Made by a program: the position numbers and the translations under genes. Shown piece by piece: positions 1 to 9,907 of a DNA stretch of 44,940 nt; position 1 is the stretch's first letter; every line of letters starts with the position of its first letter. The notes beneath the pieces were generated by a model that saw only the letters and a program-made list of their open reading frames with translations, made no database searches and was not told the DNA's origin. Source of the stretch: Oligoflexales bacterium (GTDB lineage Bacteria > Bdellovibrionota_B > Oligoflexia > Oligoflexales > CAIYRB01); assembly GCA_041736175.1 (NCBI GenBank), contig JBGSUI010000111.1, positions 1-44,940 of the forward strand, in the 5' to 3' direction.

Positions 1-48
1 CATACTGGACTCAATGCAAGAATTTAGGAAAAGGTGGTCATATCGGGT

Positions 49-81
49 GGCGCGACTGAAAAATCAGGCGCGCCTTTTTTA
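49..81 (+). terminator. Intrinsic terminator-like hairpin
   Basis: GGCGCG-A-CTGA / AAAA loop / TCAG-G-CGCGCC stem with one mismatch, followed by T7 (75-81). Confidence 0.65.
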
Positions 82-158
82 GGTCGTTTTTGTCTCCTTT
101 GGGATGAAACAGGATGTCTCATTGGGACTGAAACGCAACAATAGCCCTTGGGGCATTT

Positions 159-1331
159 ATGACGCGGGAATTTATGGAGGGGGATCAGGGACTGGCTTTT
201 GGTAATAGGATGATGTTTATGAAAAAATCTAAATCTAGCACCACGGTCACTGCTGGAACATTACATATGTGCGGTAATAACTATTACAAGCAGACCGGAT
301 TAAACCAAACCTACAGTAGCCCGGTACAGCTCGGTACCGCGACCAATTGGAGTCAGGTCGCGATAGGTTCCCGGCATGGCATGGGAATTCGCAAAGATGG
401 CACTTTGTGGGCGTTAGGCGGATTGAATGACTTTGGAGGGCTGGGTCTAGGGAATACCAGCCCTCGAAGCAGTCCCGTTCAGGTTGGTTCACTCAGCACG
501 TGGGCCACTCTTGATATAGGCAATAATTTCGGCGGCTGCTGTGGTCCGTATTCCTATAATACCATTGCCACCAGGATCGATGGAACTCTTTGGACCTGGG
601 GCCCAAATTCCTCGGGACAACTCGGTATTGGCTCATTTACTTCTTATAGTAGTCCAGTTCAGGTCGGAAACCTATCGGTTTGGAGCATGGTTGCCGCAGG
701 AATTAGTCACTGTTGTGCGATCCAAACCGATCAAACCTTGTGGGCTTGGGGAAACAACTACCAGGGCCTCCTTGGTCTGGGGAATACCACAGATAGGAGT
801 AGTCCCACTCAGGTCGGTACTTTGAGCACTTGGGCAGCCATAGCTGCCGATGCTTCTAATATTTTTGCGATTCGTACCGACGGGACATTATGGGGTATGG
901 GTCGAAATATCTTTGGGCAATTAGGGACTGGTGACACAATTGCACGGAGTAGCCCCACCCAAATCGGTAGTTTAAGTCAATGGAAAAAAGTCTCGTTTGG
1001 CGGTATGCATGTTCTGGCTACTCGCGTCGATGGCACGCTCTGGTCATTCGGTTATAACAACTCTGGGGCATTGGGTGACGGTTCAACGGTTTCCCGTAGC
1101 TCGCCGGTGCAAATCGGCAGCTTGAGCAACTGGCAGCAAATATCAGCTTTGGTGTATAGTAGCGCTGCTATAAGATCCGATGGTAGCGTGTGGGTTTTTG
1201 GGTCTAATGGTTATGGTCAACTCGGTCTAGGTGATATAATAAGCCGGAGCAGTCCTGTTCAGGTGGGTGCGCTTACCCAGTGGATTTCCCTCGCAAAAAA
1301 AGGCAGTTCGTTGGGTCTCATCAAAGGCTGA
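159..1331 (+). CDS. RCC1-repeat (7-bladed beta-propeller) protein
   Basis: Seven ~51-aa repeats ending SSP[VT]Q[VIL]G, with DGTLW.WG.N..GQLG.G motifs. Start codon uncertain (159, 174 or 210). No signal peptide. Confidence 0.9.
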   Translation: MTREFMEGDQGLAFGNRMMFMKKSKSSTTVTAGTLHMCGNNYYKQTGLNQTYSSPVQLGTATNWSQVAIGSRHGMGIRKDGTLWALGGLNDFGGLGLGNTSPRSSPVQVGSLSTWATLDIGNNFGGCCGPYSYNTIATRIDGTLWTWGPNSSGQLGIGSFTSYSSPVQVGNLSVWSMVAAGISHCCAIQTDQTLWAWGNNYQGLLGLGNTTDRSSPTQVGTLSTWAAIAADASNIFAIRTDGTLWGMGRNIFGQLGTGDTIARSSPTQIGSLSQWKKVSFGGMHVLATRVDGTLWSFGYNNSGALGDGSTVSRSSPVQIGSLSNWQQISALVYSSAAIRSDGSVWVFGSNGYGQLGLGDIISRSSPVQVGALTQWISLAKKGSSLGLIKG

Positions 1332-1920
1332 ACCACGATCATTGAGCGAACCAAACAGGTCGGAACCCGCAACGTAATCGGGGTTGATGGGATAGGACCC
1401 GTCTGAGTGCTGCAGGAACCAAGCACAACACCTGTCAGCCAGCGCCTCTACACAGACCATGCTATTAAGCGGCCCTTTTACGACCGAAAAAGTGTGACTT
1501 GAGCATCTATCACACTCGACGTGGCCAGGAATTGAGAAGACAGTAACGGCCCTTTTTGGTTTAGATCAACCATCGGCCGGCAAAGTATGCTTAGATGCGC
1601 TGCTAATAAATTCGACACCAGTCCAAAATCTAGTCTTTTTTTATAAAAAAAATCTAATCTATAGTCATTCAAATGATTGACCGACTTTCCTCTCTTTTTT
1701 GAGATTTAAGCCCTACCGTTGGCATTGAATCCTTTCCACTTTAACAACAAGACTCGGTCCTATGCACACCTTTTGTAAGGATTCCCAAATGTTAACGTCT
1801 TCCATTTGGAATCTCAGGTATTTTTTTTGTCACTCACCCTGCGACAATCTAGACGGTAGCCTTGTGTAGATTCCTTTCTAGCAAGCATGTCAAGGAACTT
1901 TTCGATTGATGAGTAAAAGG

Positions 1921-1936
1921 TGGCACGGTCGTTGCT
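1921..1936 (+). promoter_or_regulatory. sigma54 (RpoN) -24/-12 promoter
   Basis: TGGCACG-GTCG-TTGCT, an exact match to TGGCACG-N4-TTGCW, ~55 nt upstream of the ATG at 1992. Confidence 0.8.
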
Positions 1937-1991
1937 TAGATTGCTCCTTATGTACATGTTCGGGCATTTAATAAACAAACAAGGAATTATA

Positions 1992-2891
1992 ATGAAAATT
2001 AAATTTAAAATTGTCAATCTATTAGTACTGGTCGTAACCTTTTCCTCATGTGGAAAATCTAATGCACCTTCTAGCGACTTGAATCTTGTGAATGGCACTG
2101 TCGACTATAAATCTTCGCCAGGGGTCATAGGACTTTACATTAAAAGAACTGGCCACGGTAAACAAGAATGCACAGGAACGATTGTTAGGCATGACTTAGT
2201 GTTAACTGCTGCCCATTGTATATTAGAAGGTGTTGAAAACGTAGTCTTCCCATTTCGAAATTTGGCAGACGAAGGTGATCTAACAGGACTCGAATCAAGG
2301 GGGTTAAAGTCTAGCTTATTTGTGACTCACCCAAAATATCAAGAAGTAGATCATAGAAATTTGTACTCGTTTTTGAAAGCTGACGTTGCCTTTGTGATCT
2401 TTGAAAAAAATACCTTTATTAACTGGGCCAAACCATTAGTCATCTCAGAAAAATCTCCGAATCCAGGTGATTCTGTTAAATTAATCGGATACGGTCATGC
2501 AAGTATAAGTGAAGGATTAAAGTTCGGTATTCGAAGAAGCGGTACCGCTAAAGTCAATAGGATCCTATCAGATTTTTCAAATGCAATCCGTATAGGGCGC
2601 ACATGGGGAAGTAGAGATGCAGATCCCCAAGAAGGGGATTCGGGGGGACCCATGTTAAATGAGAAGGGCGAAATCCTTGGCACGCTTACGGGCGGTTGGG
2701 ATGCCAATCATTATGTCAACTTAAATGATAAAGGTATTAAAGCATTTATAGCTAGAGTGATGAGAGATCCTAATCCTACTAAGTCGACCGGTCAAAATAT
2801 CGATGCAGTAAACTTTGAGGATACTACTGGAATCAAGCAAGATTTGACTAAGAAAAATGCGCCGAAACCAAGTGTTCCTGACGAACTATAA
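1992..2891 (+). CDS. Trypsin-like (S1) serine protease lipoprotein
   Basis: Catalytic triad motifs LTAAHC, ADVAF, GDSGGP. Lipobox TFSS-C. Mature-type N-terminus LVNG. AAGGA at 1981 supports ATG 1992 over the GTG at 1920, which overlaps the promoter. Confidence 0.92.
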   Translation: MKIKFKIVNLLVLVVTFSSCGKSNAPSSDLNLVNGTVDYKSSPGVIGLYIKRTGHGKQECTGTIVRHDLVLTAAHCILEGVENVVFPFRNLADEGDLTGLESRGLKSSLFVTHPKYQEVDHRNLYSFLKADVAFVIFEKNTFINWAKPLVISEKSPNPGDSVKLIGYGHASISEGLKFGIRRSGTAKVNRILSDFSNAIRIGRTWGSRDADPQEGDSGGPMLNEKGEILGTLTGGWDANHYVNLNDKGIKAFIARVMRDPNPTKSTGQNIDAVNFEDTTGIKQDLTKKNAPKPSVPDEL

Positions 2892-3026
2892 AAATTAGAG
2901 AGGGGCACACTTGCTGGTCCGATGCCCCGTGGATTGAAATTTCACAGTCGTTCCCATAAAAAGAAGGAGGTTTTTCCATGAAAAAGCACCCTGGAAGTGG
3001 GCCCGGTCAAACCTGCCTATTGAAAC

Positions 3027-3042
3027 TGGGCGATTGGTTGCC
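3027..3042 (+). promoter_or_regulatory. Possible sigma54 promoter
   Basis: TGGGCGA-TTGG-TTGCC (GG-N10-GC) ~65 nt before ATG 3108. It also overlaps a weak sigma28-like GCCGACGA, so the call is ambiguous. Confidence 0.35.
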
Positions 3043-3107
3043 GACGAATCCCTAGGACCTGGGCTGTCGGGCTTAAGGCCATGACCGATCAACGTGGAGG
3101 GAATTAA

Positions 3108-5030
3108 ATGAAAATGCTATCGACCCAATCGCCTTTTTGGACCGTCCCGATGGTCTTAGGAAGCCTAGCGAGTGCCGCTTTTATGGGATGCCGCAAGAGC
3201 CGGTTTTGGGATGATCAACCAGCTCATCAGGAGTCTAAGTCCGTCCCATCTACGCCAAATACAAACAAAAATTTGCAACTCACCTCTCCATCGGCAAACG
3301 GCCAAGTCGAGCTAAACGTGATCCCTTTGGGGTCATGGGGATCATTCGGAGCTTTTTGGCGGGCTAAAAACCTCGCGGAAGAGACTCCTACTTCTCTGTT
3401 GGTTTTTGAGGATCTCTTAGATTCCCACGACCCTATGACCATGTCCACGAGTCCTATCTCAGGAGAACCTAAGGAGCCCGCTCAGGCTCCAACGGTCGAC
3501 AAGGATCCGCGAGCGCTGAGCCAGCCTGAGGGGATCGTCTTTAATATTAAAAAAATGGAGTTTATCAGTGACGAAAATCTGGCATCCCAACGCCCACCTG
3601 ACGAACCAAAACTGTCGAGCCGCGGCTTACGATCTTCATCTGTTGAACACCGAGAGAGTCATCCGTGGGTCCTTAAGTTAAACCCAAGCGTGACCAAAGA
3701 TCTGGTCGCTGTTTATGCCCTGCCTGACGACGAGGTTTTTAGTGGACTTGAGGATAAAATCTACACCAGTCCTGATGAGCTCCTAGCAGACTTGGAAAAA
3801 GAGCTGAAAGACCGCGGGATCCTCGGAGGAGATCCCAGCCGATTGCAAAAGGCTCAGGATGTCCTGGCGAGACATCTCGAAGACATGACGGTGGAGCAAG
3901 CTTTCGTTGGAGAAGTTGCTCCTCTGCCGTCACCTCGTTTGTCATCATCCCAAGATCAACACGCGAACACCTTTGGGCCGTTCTCTATCGAAATAGGGGT
4001 TCATGATACGCCCCTCATCTATAACGAAGGAAATGACCTAAAAACTCCCCCCGTGCTGACCTTAGCTCCGGGCCTCTACCGCACAGTGCGTGTCACCTGG
4101 GGAGCTGTTGCTCAGGTAAAAGGGTGTGTTGGAGTGGGCCAAGAGACGTTATGCACTCGCAGTAGCTCTTCTCCCTATGTGACTCATGCGTCTCTTCGGG
4201 ATTTTGCGACAAACTTACCTGAGTTTATGGATGTCCCCACCACCAATGACGACCCCAAGTGGCCTCTTAGTGGTGACTGGATCCAAGAGTACGGGATCGA
4301 TCTGGAAGTCAAGGCTGGATCCCTCAGCAGACTGAGTCTCCTATACCCCATGGCCGGATCTCTGAGATTCCATCAAACCGGCCATGACCAAGGCCTTCTT
4401 TCAGGGATGCCACGGGGCCGTCCGTATTTTTATATGCCATCCCTGCGAGAGCGATTGATGACGACAGCACATCCTCTAGGACGCCTCTATGATTTTGTGG
4501 GAACAGCGACCCTGTGTGAGTTTGAGCCCAACCAGGCCCAACCCGACTGCACGGGAGCTCCTCGAGAAACCTCTGGTACAGCACTCCAGATCGTTACTGA
4601 TTCCAATGGAGCGCCCCTCCGCGCCATTTGGCAATACCCCGAGGGTGGGGACCTCATAGGGACCGATCGAGAGGAAGTTAGGGGGGACGACCGTGAAGGG
4701 TTTAGGGCCACATTTTCTGATCCATCCCTATGGCTTGATCTTTTTTCCAGCGAGGCCGGAAACCGGGTCCAAGGGAGCCGTGGCGGCAGTGAGGAGGAGA
4801 CAGCACTCTGGCTACGCCCCGCTGGGAGTCTGGGAGGAGATTCTAGTGATTTGGTCAGACTCGAAAGTCTGCCCGTAGCCCTTGACCGCTGGCAGGTTGG
4901 TGAGACTAAGACCCTATGGGCTAAAAAAGTGCCGGTCAAATCCCCCCTTAAATCCCCCCTAAAATCCAAAAAATCAGGAGGCGATGGCCGGGAGTTAGGG
5001 GCAAAGGTCCTCCTGCAGCGGGTTCTTTAG
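3108..5030 (+). CDS. Hypothetical lipoprotein, 640 aa
   Basis: Long ORF with GGAGG RBS and a hydrophobic N-terminus ending AFMG-C. No family recognised. Confidence 0.75.
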   Translation: MKMLSTQSPFWTVPMVLGSLASAAFMGCRKSRFWDDQPAHQESKSVPSTPNTNKNLQLTSPSANGQVELNVIPLGSWGSFGAFWRAKNLAEETPTSLLVFEDLLDSHDPMTMSTSPISGEPKEPAQAPTVDKDPRALSQPEGIVFNIKKMEFISDENLASQRPPDEPKLSSRGLRSSSVEHRESHPWVLKLNPSVTKDLVAVYALPDDEVFSGLEDKIYTSPDELLADLEKELKDRGILGGDPSRLQKAQDVLARHLEDMTVEQAFVGEVAPLPSPRLSSSQDQHANTFGPFSIEIGVHDTPLIYNEGNDLKTPPVLTLAPGLYRTVRVTWGAVAQVKGCVGVGQETLCTRSSSSPYVTHASLRDFATNLPEFMDVPTTNDDPKWPLSGDWIQEYGIDLEVKAGSLSRLSLLYPMAGSLRFHQTGHDQGLLSGMPRGRPYFYMPSLRERLMTTAHPLGRLYDFVGTATLCEFEPNQAQPDCTGAPRETSGTALQIVTDSNGAPLRAIWQYPEGGDLIGTDREEVRGDDREGFRATFSDPSLWLDLFSSEAGNRVQGSRGGSEEETALWLRPAGSLGGDSSDLVRLESLPVALDRWQVGETKTLWAKKVPVKSPLKSPLKSKKSGGDGRELGAKVLLQRVL

Positions 5031-5274
5031 GGTGCCTTGCTAAAAAACAGCGGGTTAGAAAATTTTATGAAACTTTCTATCGAGTCTAATGATAGTCATG
5101 AGTTACCCAACCGAGATATGCTGAAGCTTTTTTTTAACAATCTGAAAATACTAAGATAAAATACTTTTTTCGAAAAACAGCCATAGCCCTGGATTTTTCT
5201 GGGGCCATAGCTTATAGACAACACGAGCGTTAGTGAGTGGTCTTAAAAAATTGAGTTTGTAAAGGAGAGAGTTT

Positions 5275-6276
5275 ATGACTCTTCGCATTGGGATCAATGG
5301 ATTTGGCCGGATCGGTCGTACAGTCTTGCGTGCTGCATTTGCAGACCAGAACAAAGATCTAGAAATTGTCCATATCAACGACCTGACCGATACCAAAACA
5401 CTGTCACACCTGCTTAAGTACGATAGTGTTCATGGGACGTTTGCAAAGGACGTAAGTGTCGATGGGGACGGACTCATTGTAAATGGTAAACCCATTTCGG
5501 TATCTGCCATCAAGTCTCCCGCAGAAATCCCTTGGAAAGCCAAGAAAGTGGATCTGGTTTTTGAATGCTCTGGTCTCTTCACCAACCGCTCCGACGCAGC
5601 GCTTCATATCCAAGCTGGAGCATCTAAAGTGTTGATCAGTGCCCCTGCAAAAGACGAAGACATCACGGTCGTCTATGGGGTGAACCATAAAAATCTAGAC
5701 TCCAAAAAACACCTTGTTGTTTCTAACGGCAGCTGTACCACCAACTGTCTTGCTCCCGTCGCACGGGTGATCCAAGATAACTTTGGTATTAAGTACGGAA
5801 TGATGACGACGATCCATTCCTATACCAACGACCAAAAAATCTTAGACTTGCCCCATAAAGACCTTCGCAGAGCACGAGCGGCAGCTCTCAACATGATCCC
5901 CACATCCACCGGAGCAGCCAAAGCCATCGGGCTCGTGATGCCAGAGCTCAAAGGTAAGATGGACGGACTTGCGATCCGCGTGCCGACTCCCAATGTTTCT
6001 CTGGTGGACGTCACTTTTCAAGTGGAAAAAAACACAACAAAAGAAGAAGTCAGCAGAGTCCTTAAAGAAGCCGCCCATGGTGCGCTTAAAGGTATCCTAG
6101 CTTTCTGTGAAGAACCGCTGGTATCCTCTGACTTTAACGGCAACCACCATTCATCCATCGTCGACGGCAGCAGCACCTTTGTCATGAACGGAAATATGGT
6201 TAAAATCCTTTCCTGGTATGACAACGAGACTGGGTTTAGCTGGCGGATGCTCGATGTTGCTCGATTGATGGCTTAG
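5275..6276 (+). CDS. gap: Type I glyceraldehyde-3-phosphate dehydrogenase
   Basis: INGFGRIGR NAD-binding motif, SNGSCTTNCLAP active site, SWYDNE. AAGGAG RBS. Confidence 0.98.
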   Translation: MTLRIGINGFGRIGRTVLRAAFADQNKDLEIVHINDLTDTKTLSHLLKYDSVHGTFAKDVSVDGDGLIVNGKPISVSAIKSPAEIPWKAKKVDLVFECSGLFTNRSDAALHIQAGASKVLISAPAKDEDITVVYGVNHKNLDSKKHLVVSNGSCTTNCLAPVARVIQDNFGIKYGMMTTIHSYTNDQKILDLPHKDLRRARAAALNMIPTSTGAAKAIGLVMPELKGKMDGLAIRVPTPNVSLVDVTFQVEKNTTKEEVSRVLKEAAHGALKGILAFCEEPLVSSDFNGNHHSSIVDGSSTFVMNGNMVKILSWYDNETGFSWRMLDVARLMA

Positions 6277-6290
6277 TTGGAGAAAAAGGC

Positions 6291-6698
6291 ATGACCAAGG
6301 ATACAACGAAACTCGTAAGTTTAAGCCGCAAAGAGATCATGGACATCATTGCGGACCGGAAGGATCTCCAGGGGCGGGATATTCGCAAAGCCAATTTGGT
6401 GAAAGTGGATTTCTCAGACTGTGATCTTCGAGGAACAAATTTTTCCTATTCCAATCTAAAAGACTGCTTGTTTCGTAACGCCGATCTCAGAGGGGCCTCT
6501 TTGTGGAACGCTAACCTTGAAGGGGCAGATTTCACCAATGCCAACCTTGAGGATGCTGATCTTGATTATGCCAAATTACGGGGTGCAGTCCTCTTTAGAG
6601 CTAATATTCGCCGCGCGTCTTTGCCGACGGAGTTGATTGCTAGAGAGGATATCTTAAACTCTGTAGAGAGCGGTACTAAGGTTGGAGTCAAAGGGTAA
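6291..6698 (+). CDS. Pentapeptide-repeat protein
   Basis: Tandem A[DN]LXX repeats (ADLRG ASLWN ANLEG ADFTN ANLED ADLDY). Starts 14 nt after gap, probably co-transcribed. Confidence 0.9.
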   Translation: MTKDTTKLVSLSRKEIMDIIADRKDLQGRDIRKANLVKVDFSDCDLRGTNFSYSNLKDCLFRNADLRGASLWNANLEGADFTNANLEDADLDYAKLRGAVLFRANIRRASLPTELIAREDILNSVESGTKVGVKG

Positions 6699-6708
6699 GT
6701 CCTGTCAA

Positions 6709-7662
6709 CTACGGCCCATAAGACCCTGTTCCTGTGTCGCTGGATGCAGGAACCCCGGATGTGCTGCCACCGGTTCCGCTGGTGCTTCCTGCTCCAGCGG
6801 GCGGGGTGGTCCCGTTACCTGTGCCTATTCCAAGACTCTCTAAGGTGACGCGGGGACAGGATGCAGGGGGAACTCCCGCCTGGGAGGTTTCTTCGATCCA
6901 AAAGGTGGCATAGGATACGCTGCCCGCCTGGGGAGCATTCACAAAATGAAAAGTAGTTTTGCGATTGCCATCCGTAGAGCATCCGTAGAGGGTAAAGCCT
7001 TTACCAGAGTAGTCGGCAAACTTGGGCTCGAGGGAGGATTTGTACCTGGGAAACTTAGCGATCACATCAGACTGGGTGCAGCAATAGTTGGCAAGACTTT
7101 CGCCACAGGTCCCTGACTTTCCAGGTGCGGAGCTGCTGACGGCGACCCAGACTTTGCCCTGATCGTAGCAGCTGGAGATTCCGGGACCTGGAGTCCAAGT
7201 AGAATAGGTGGTCCCTGGGGTTCCCGTGCCAGGGCTAGGTGCTGGGGTGGTTCCTGTGCTTCCCGGGCTTGAAGTGCCTGTCCCTGTGGATCCGTTTTGG
7301 CTGCCATTCCCTTCTCCATCCGTGTTCGGGGAGCTGTCGCTTGCCGTGGAGGGGGCTGGGCATTGGCTCGTCCCTGGCGTGCCGGTGGCGGTGTCCGTAG
7401 CGATCTTAGCTGGATCCTCCGGATCTTCGTTTGGTACATTGGCCTCTTCAGGGGGCGCGTCATCTGATTGGAGCTTGAGACAGGCCGTCGTCGACGGACT
7501 CGGTGGGGTCACCGCAGTATCGGTGGCGGTGCCCGTGGCGGGCGCTGGCCCACCCCCGCCTTTTCCACCCTTTTTTGATTCGCAGGCTGTCTGGGGTAGC
7601 AAAAGGAAACCGACAGTTAGAGCAAACTTGAGGCCAAGCGTTTGGGATTGAAGGGTTTTCAT
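6709..7662 (-). CDS. Hypothetical lipoprotein with Ser/Thr/Gly/Pro-rich linkers and a Cys-containing domain
   Basis: GGAG RBS before ATG 7662 (MKTLQ). Lipobox PQTA-C. Low-complexity GT/ST linkers flank a Cys-rich globular segment. Confidence 0.8.
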   Translation of the reverse strand: MKTLQSQTLGLKFALTVGFLLLPQTACESKKGGKGGGGPAPATGTATDTAVTPPSPSTTACLKLQSDDAPPEEANVPNEDPEDPAKIATDTATGTPGTSQCPAPSTASDSSPNTDGEGNGSQNGSTGTGTSSPGSTGTTPAPSPGTGTPGTTYSTWTPGPGISSCYDQGKVWVAVSSSAPGKSGTCGESLANYCCTQSDVIAKFPRYKSSLEPKFADYSGKGFTLYGCSTDGNRKTTFHFVNAPQAGSVSYATFWIEETSQAGVPPASCPRVTLESLGIGTGNGTTPPAGAGSTSGTGGSTSGVPASSDTGTGSYGP

Positions 7663-7732
7663 AGGTCTCCGCAATGATATGCCCGATAGGAACCGTGCAA
7701 AAAAATTAAGGCAACGATCAAAATCCGGCAAC

Positions 7733-7760
7733 TTATCGGCAGAATCCATAAGAATCTTTA
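7733..7760 (-). promoter_or_regulatory. sigma28 (FliA)-type promoter
   Basis: Minus strand TAAA-N16-GCCGATAA, ~70 nt upstream of ATG 7662. Confidence 0.7.
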
Positions 7761-7829
7761 ATGCACGCCTATACGTGCATATTGTTTAGCTGCAAAAGCA
7801 GTCTCGAAGTCGAAGTCAAATCATCCCGA

Positions 7830-8606
7830 TCACTGGGTTTGAGTTGAGGATTTGGCCAGGTAATTCTTGAGCTTTTCGTCGTCGTTGGCCCCTTCAGAAG
7901 CCGCGATCGCCGCTTGGTATTTTGCCAGCGATTCTGCCGCTTTGACTGACGAAGTATCACTCGGGTCCTGGCCCAAGGTAGCCTGGGAGGCTGCAAGCTG
8001 GGAAATGATCGACGAAGCTGAGGTGAGGCTCGCAATCTCGGTAAGACTTAGTTTGCCATCGTTGTCTTTATCGAGGATTTTAAGGCGCATCACAGACGCC
8101 GAAGTCTGAAAAATAGCGAGTTTAAACTGATCTCCAGGTAACCACTGGTCTTGTGATAGATCCACCGTCAAGATGGTCACCGCATAGCTGATATCATAAA
8201 CAGAATCTTCTGTGGCTTTAGGTGTGACTCCAAAAAGACTGATCAGAGAACTATTGCTTTGGTCTGATCCTCCAGACGAGCTGCTAGTCGTATCCCCGCT
8301 AGGAGATGCTAGGTTGCGTGCCATGGCGAGGGGCTCGATGCCTGCTCGTTGGGCATAGGCGGCGGAAAGCATCGACAGGAGTTTAGGATCCCCTGGGCTT
8401 TTGACTAGGGCTTTTTCAAGCAGCTTTATAGCGTCGTTTGGTTTATCTTTTTCGAGAAGCAGAGCTGCATCTTCGGCAGGATCAGACGTATCAGAGCCTT
8501 GAAATAGATTGCCACCACAGCCTAGGATCGCTCCAAATACGCTACAAAATACTAAATAATTTAATGTTGTATACGCCTTGGGATTTATGGGTTTTTTATG
8601 TTTCAT
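7830..8606 (-). CDS. TPR-like lipoprotein
   Basis: Lipobox AILG-C. Helical TPR-like segment (AIKLLEKALVKSPGDPKLLSMLSAAY). EF-hand-like DKDNDGKLSLTE. AGGAG RBS. Confidence 0.8.
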   Translation of the reverse strand: MKHKKPINPKAYTTLNYLVFCSVFGAILGCGGNLFQGSDTSDPAEDAALLLEKDKPNDAIKLLEKALVKSPGDPKLLSMLSAAYAQRAGIEPLAMARNLASPSGDTTSSSSGGSDQSNSSLISLFGVTPKATEDSVYDISYAVTILTVDLSQDQWLPGDQFKLAIFQTSASVMRLKILDKDNDGKLSLTEIASLTSASSIISQLAASQATLGQDPSDTSSVKAAESLAKYQAAIAASEGANDDEKLKNYLAKSSTQTQ

Positions 8607-8614
8607 AGCGTCTC

Positions 8615-9820
8615 CTAAAATCCTGCTTTAAACTGGAAAAAATACCGAGTATCTGGGCGCGTTCCAGCCCGGTTGCCCACTTCCTCCGTGTAAAACCCAA
8701 GGTCAAAACGCATAACATAGAGGTCCAAGTAAAGCCCGGCCGTGCCGTAGCCTTGGTTGAGTCCACCGGTTGCGCCGACGGCATCAAACACGTTGAGTTC
8801 GGTTCCTAAATGGACCCGTTTGTAGGGATTTTTAATGACGTTGCCCGCAGCATCCCGGTAGTCTGCTAGGAGGCGGAGCTTTGAGGTCTTAGTGCCCGGC
8901 TCTATGGCGACCCCAAGGTTGATGGTTTGCTTAAGGTCAAGATCCAGCTCCGTGGGCTCTTCTGGTGCGATCCGCGTATCTCCCACGTCGTTGATGGTGA
9001 TGCCAAAGGCAGTGTTCATGCGGCCTCCGCTTTGAAACATCAGTCCAAGATCTGCTCCCCCGCCCCGGCCTACACCTACAAAGTCACTCGTATTGTTAAG
9101 CTTGTCTTGGACGGTGTTAGCTTCAGCGGCACTGGCCTCGATTTGCCCCTTGGTGCGGACGAGATACTTGCCCGTGACACCCGCAAAAAACTTTCCTTTT
9201 CCAAAAGACTCCGCAAGAGTAAAGGTGCCCCCCGTGGTCTGGTCGACGTTGGCTTTAATCACTTCAAGGCCGCCTTTTTCGGGATCTTTGTAGGCAAGGA
9301 CATCGGCATTCGAGTTGGTGACGACCCCAAGGGCCGCTCTTCTAAACAAAATACCAGTAAAATTGCTGGCACCTACATGATTTGGTTTGCCGACGGCTGA
9401 CAGCACGGTATCGACGGCATCTGCGTTTTCTGCGCCAAGACGGCGGGCAATATCCCGGCTAGCTTGGGACATATGGATTTGGGGTGAGACCAAAACGGTT
9501 TTTTTATAAATCCCTTTTCCCAGAGCGATCCCCGCCGGATTGTAAAAGATGGCATCTTCATCATCTGCGATTGCGATTCCAGTATCTCCGCGCCCCAAAA
9601 AGTAAGCGCTGCGGTAAACTTTGGACGAATCGTCTCCCTGGTTAGCTAGAGAAGCCGAGGGAGACGTATCACCAAATAATTCCTGCCTAGGAAGGAGCAA
9701 GCAAAGGGCTCCTCCTATGATCAAGTGTTTTGTTGTTATAAGCTTATCCATGGCTTGGGGCTGCTTTCTATAATCAACTATGACTTTAAAAAGGTTTCCC
9801 CTAGAGGCGCATGTAACCAA
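8615..9820 (-). CDS. Outer-membrane beta-barrel of TraF-like/FadL-PorV fold
   Basis: N-terminal SAYFLGRGDTGIAIADDEDAIFYNPAG signature, alternating beta-strands and C-terminal Phe (YFFQFKAGF). Start may be 9751 (MDKLI). Confidence 0.75.
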   Translation of the reverse strand: MVTCASRGNLFKVIVDYRKQPQAMDKLITTKHLIIGGALCLLLPRQELFGDTSPSASLANQGDDSSKVYRSAYFLGRGDTGIAIADDEDAIFYNPAGIALGKGIYKKTVLVSPQIHMSQASRDIARRLGAENADAVDTVLSAVGKPNHVGASNFTGILFRRAALGVVTNSNADVLAYKDPEKGGLEVIKANVDQTTGGTFTLAESFGKGKFFAGVTGKYLVRTKGQIEASAAEANTVQDKLNNTSDFVGVGRGGGADLGLMFQSGGRMNTAFGITINDVGDTRIAPEEPTELDLDLKQTINLGVAIEPGTKTSKLRLLADYRDAAGNVIKNPYKRVHLGTELNVFDAVGATGGLNQGYGTAGLYLDLYVMRFDLGFYTEEVGNRAGTRPDTRYFFQFKAGF

Positions 9821-9907
9821 TCAATTCGCTTGCCTCCGGAGAACCTATGGTCCTCGTCGGGAAAATCCAGCGAAAGGTTTAAGAAAAGAGTCTATAGTCT
9901 TTTAAAT

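Noticed and set aside
1..158. Riboswitch upstream of the RCC1 gene
   Set aside because: Only a terminator-like hairpin is visible. I could not recognise an aptamer consensus, and the upstream context is cut off.
159..1331. Diversity-generating retroelement target or CRISPR-like repeats
   Set aside because: The repeats are protein-level RCC1 blades with divergent codons. No reverse transcriptase, template repeat or repeat-spacer array was seen in the window.
1491..1516. AGTGTGA-N12-TCACACT as a CRP site
   Set aside because: CRP needs TGTGA-N6-TCACA. It could be an enhancer site for the sigma54 promoter at 1921, but there is no further support.
4938..4967. Short tandem repeat encoding KSPLKSPLKS
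   Set aside because: About 2.5 copies of an in-frame 12-mer in a low-complexity tail. No evidence of function.
8615..9820. Conjugative element implied by the TraF-like barrel
   Set aside because: No relaxase, coupling protein or other T4SS genes. The barrel family also occurs outside conjugation.
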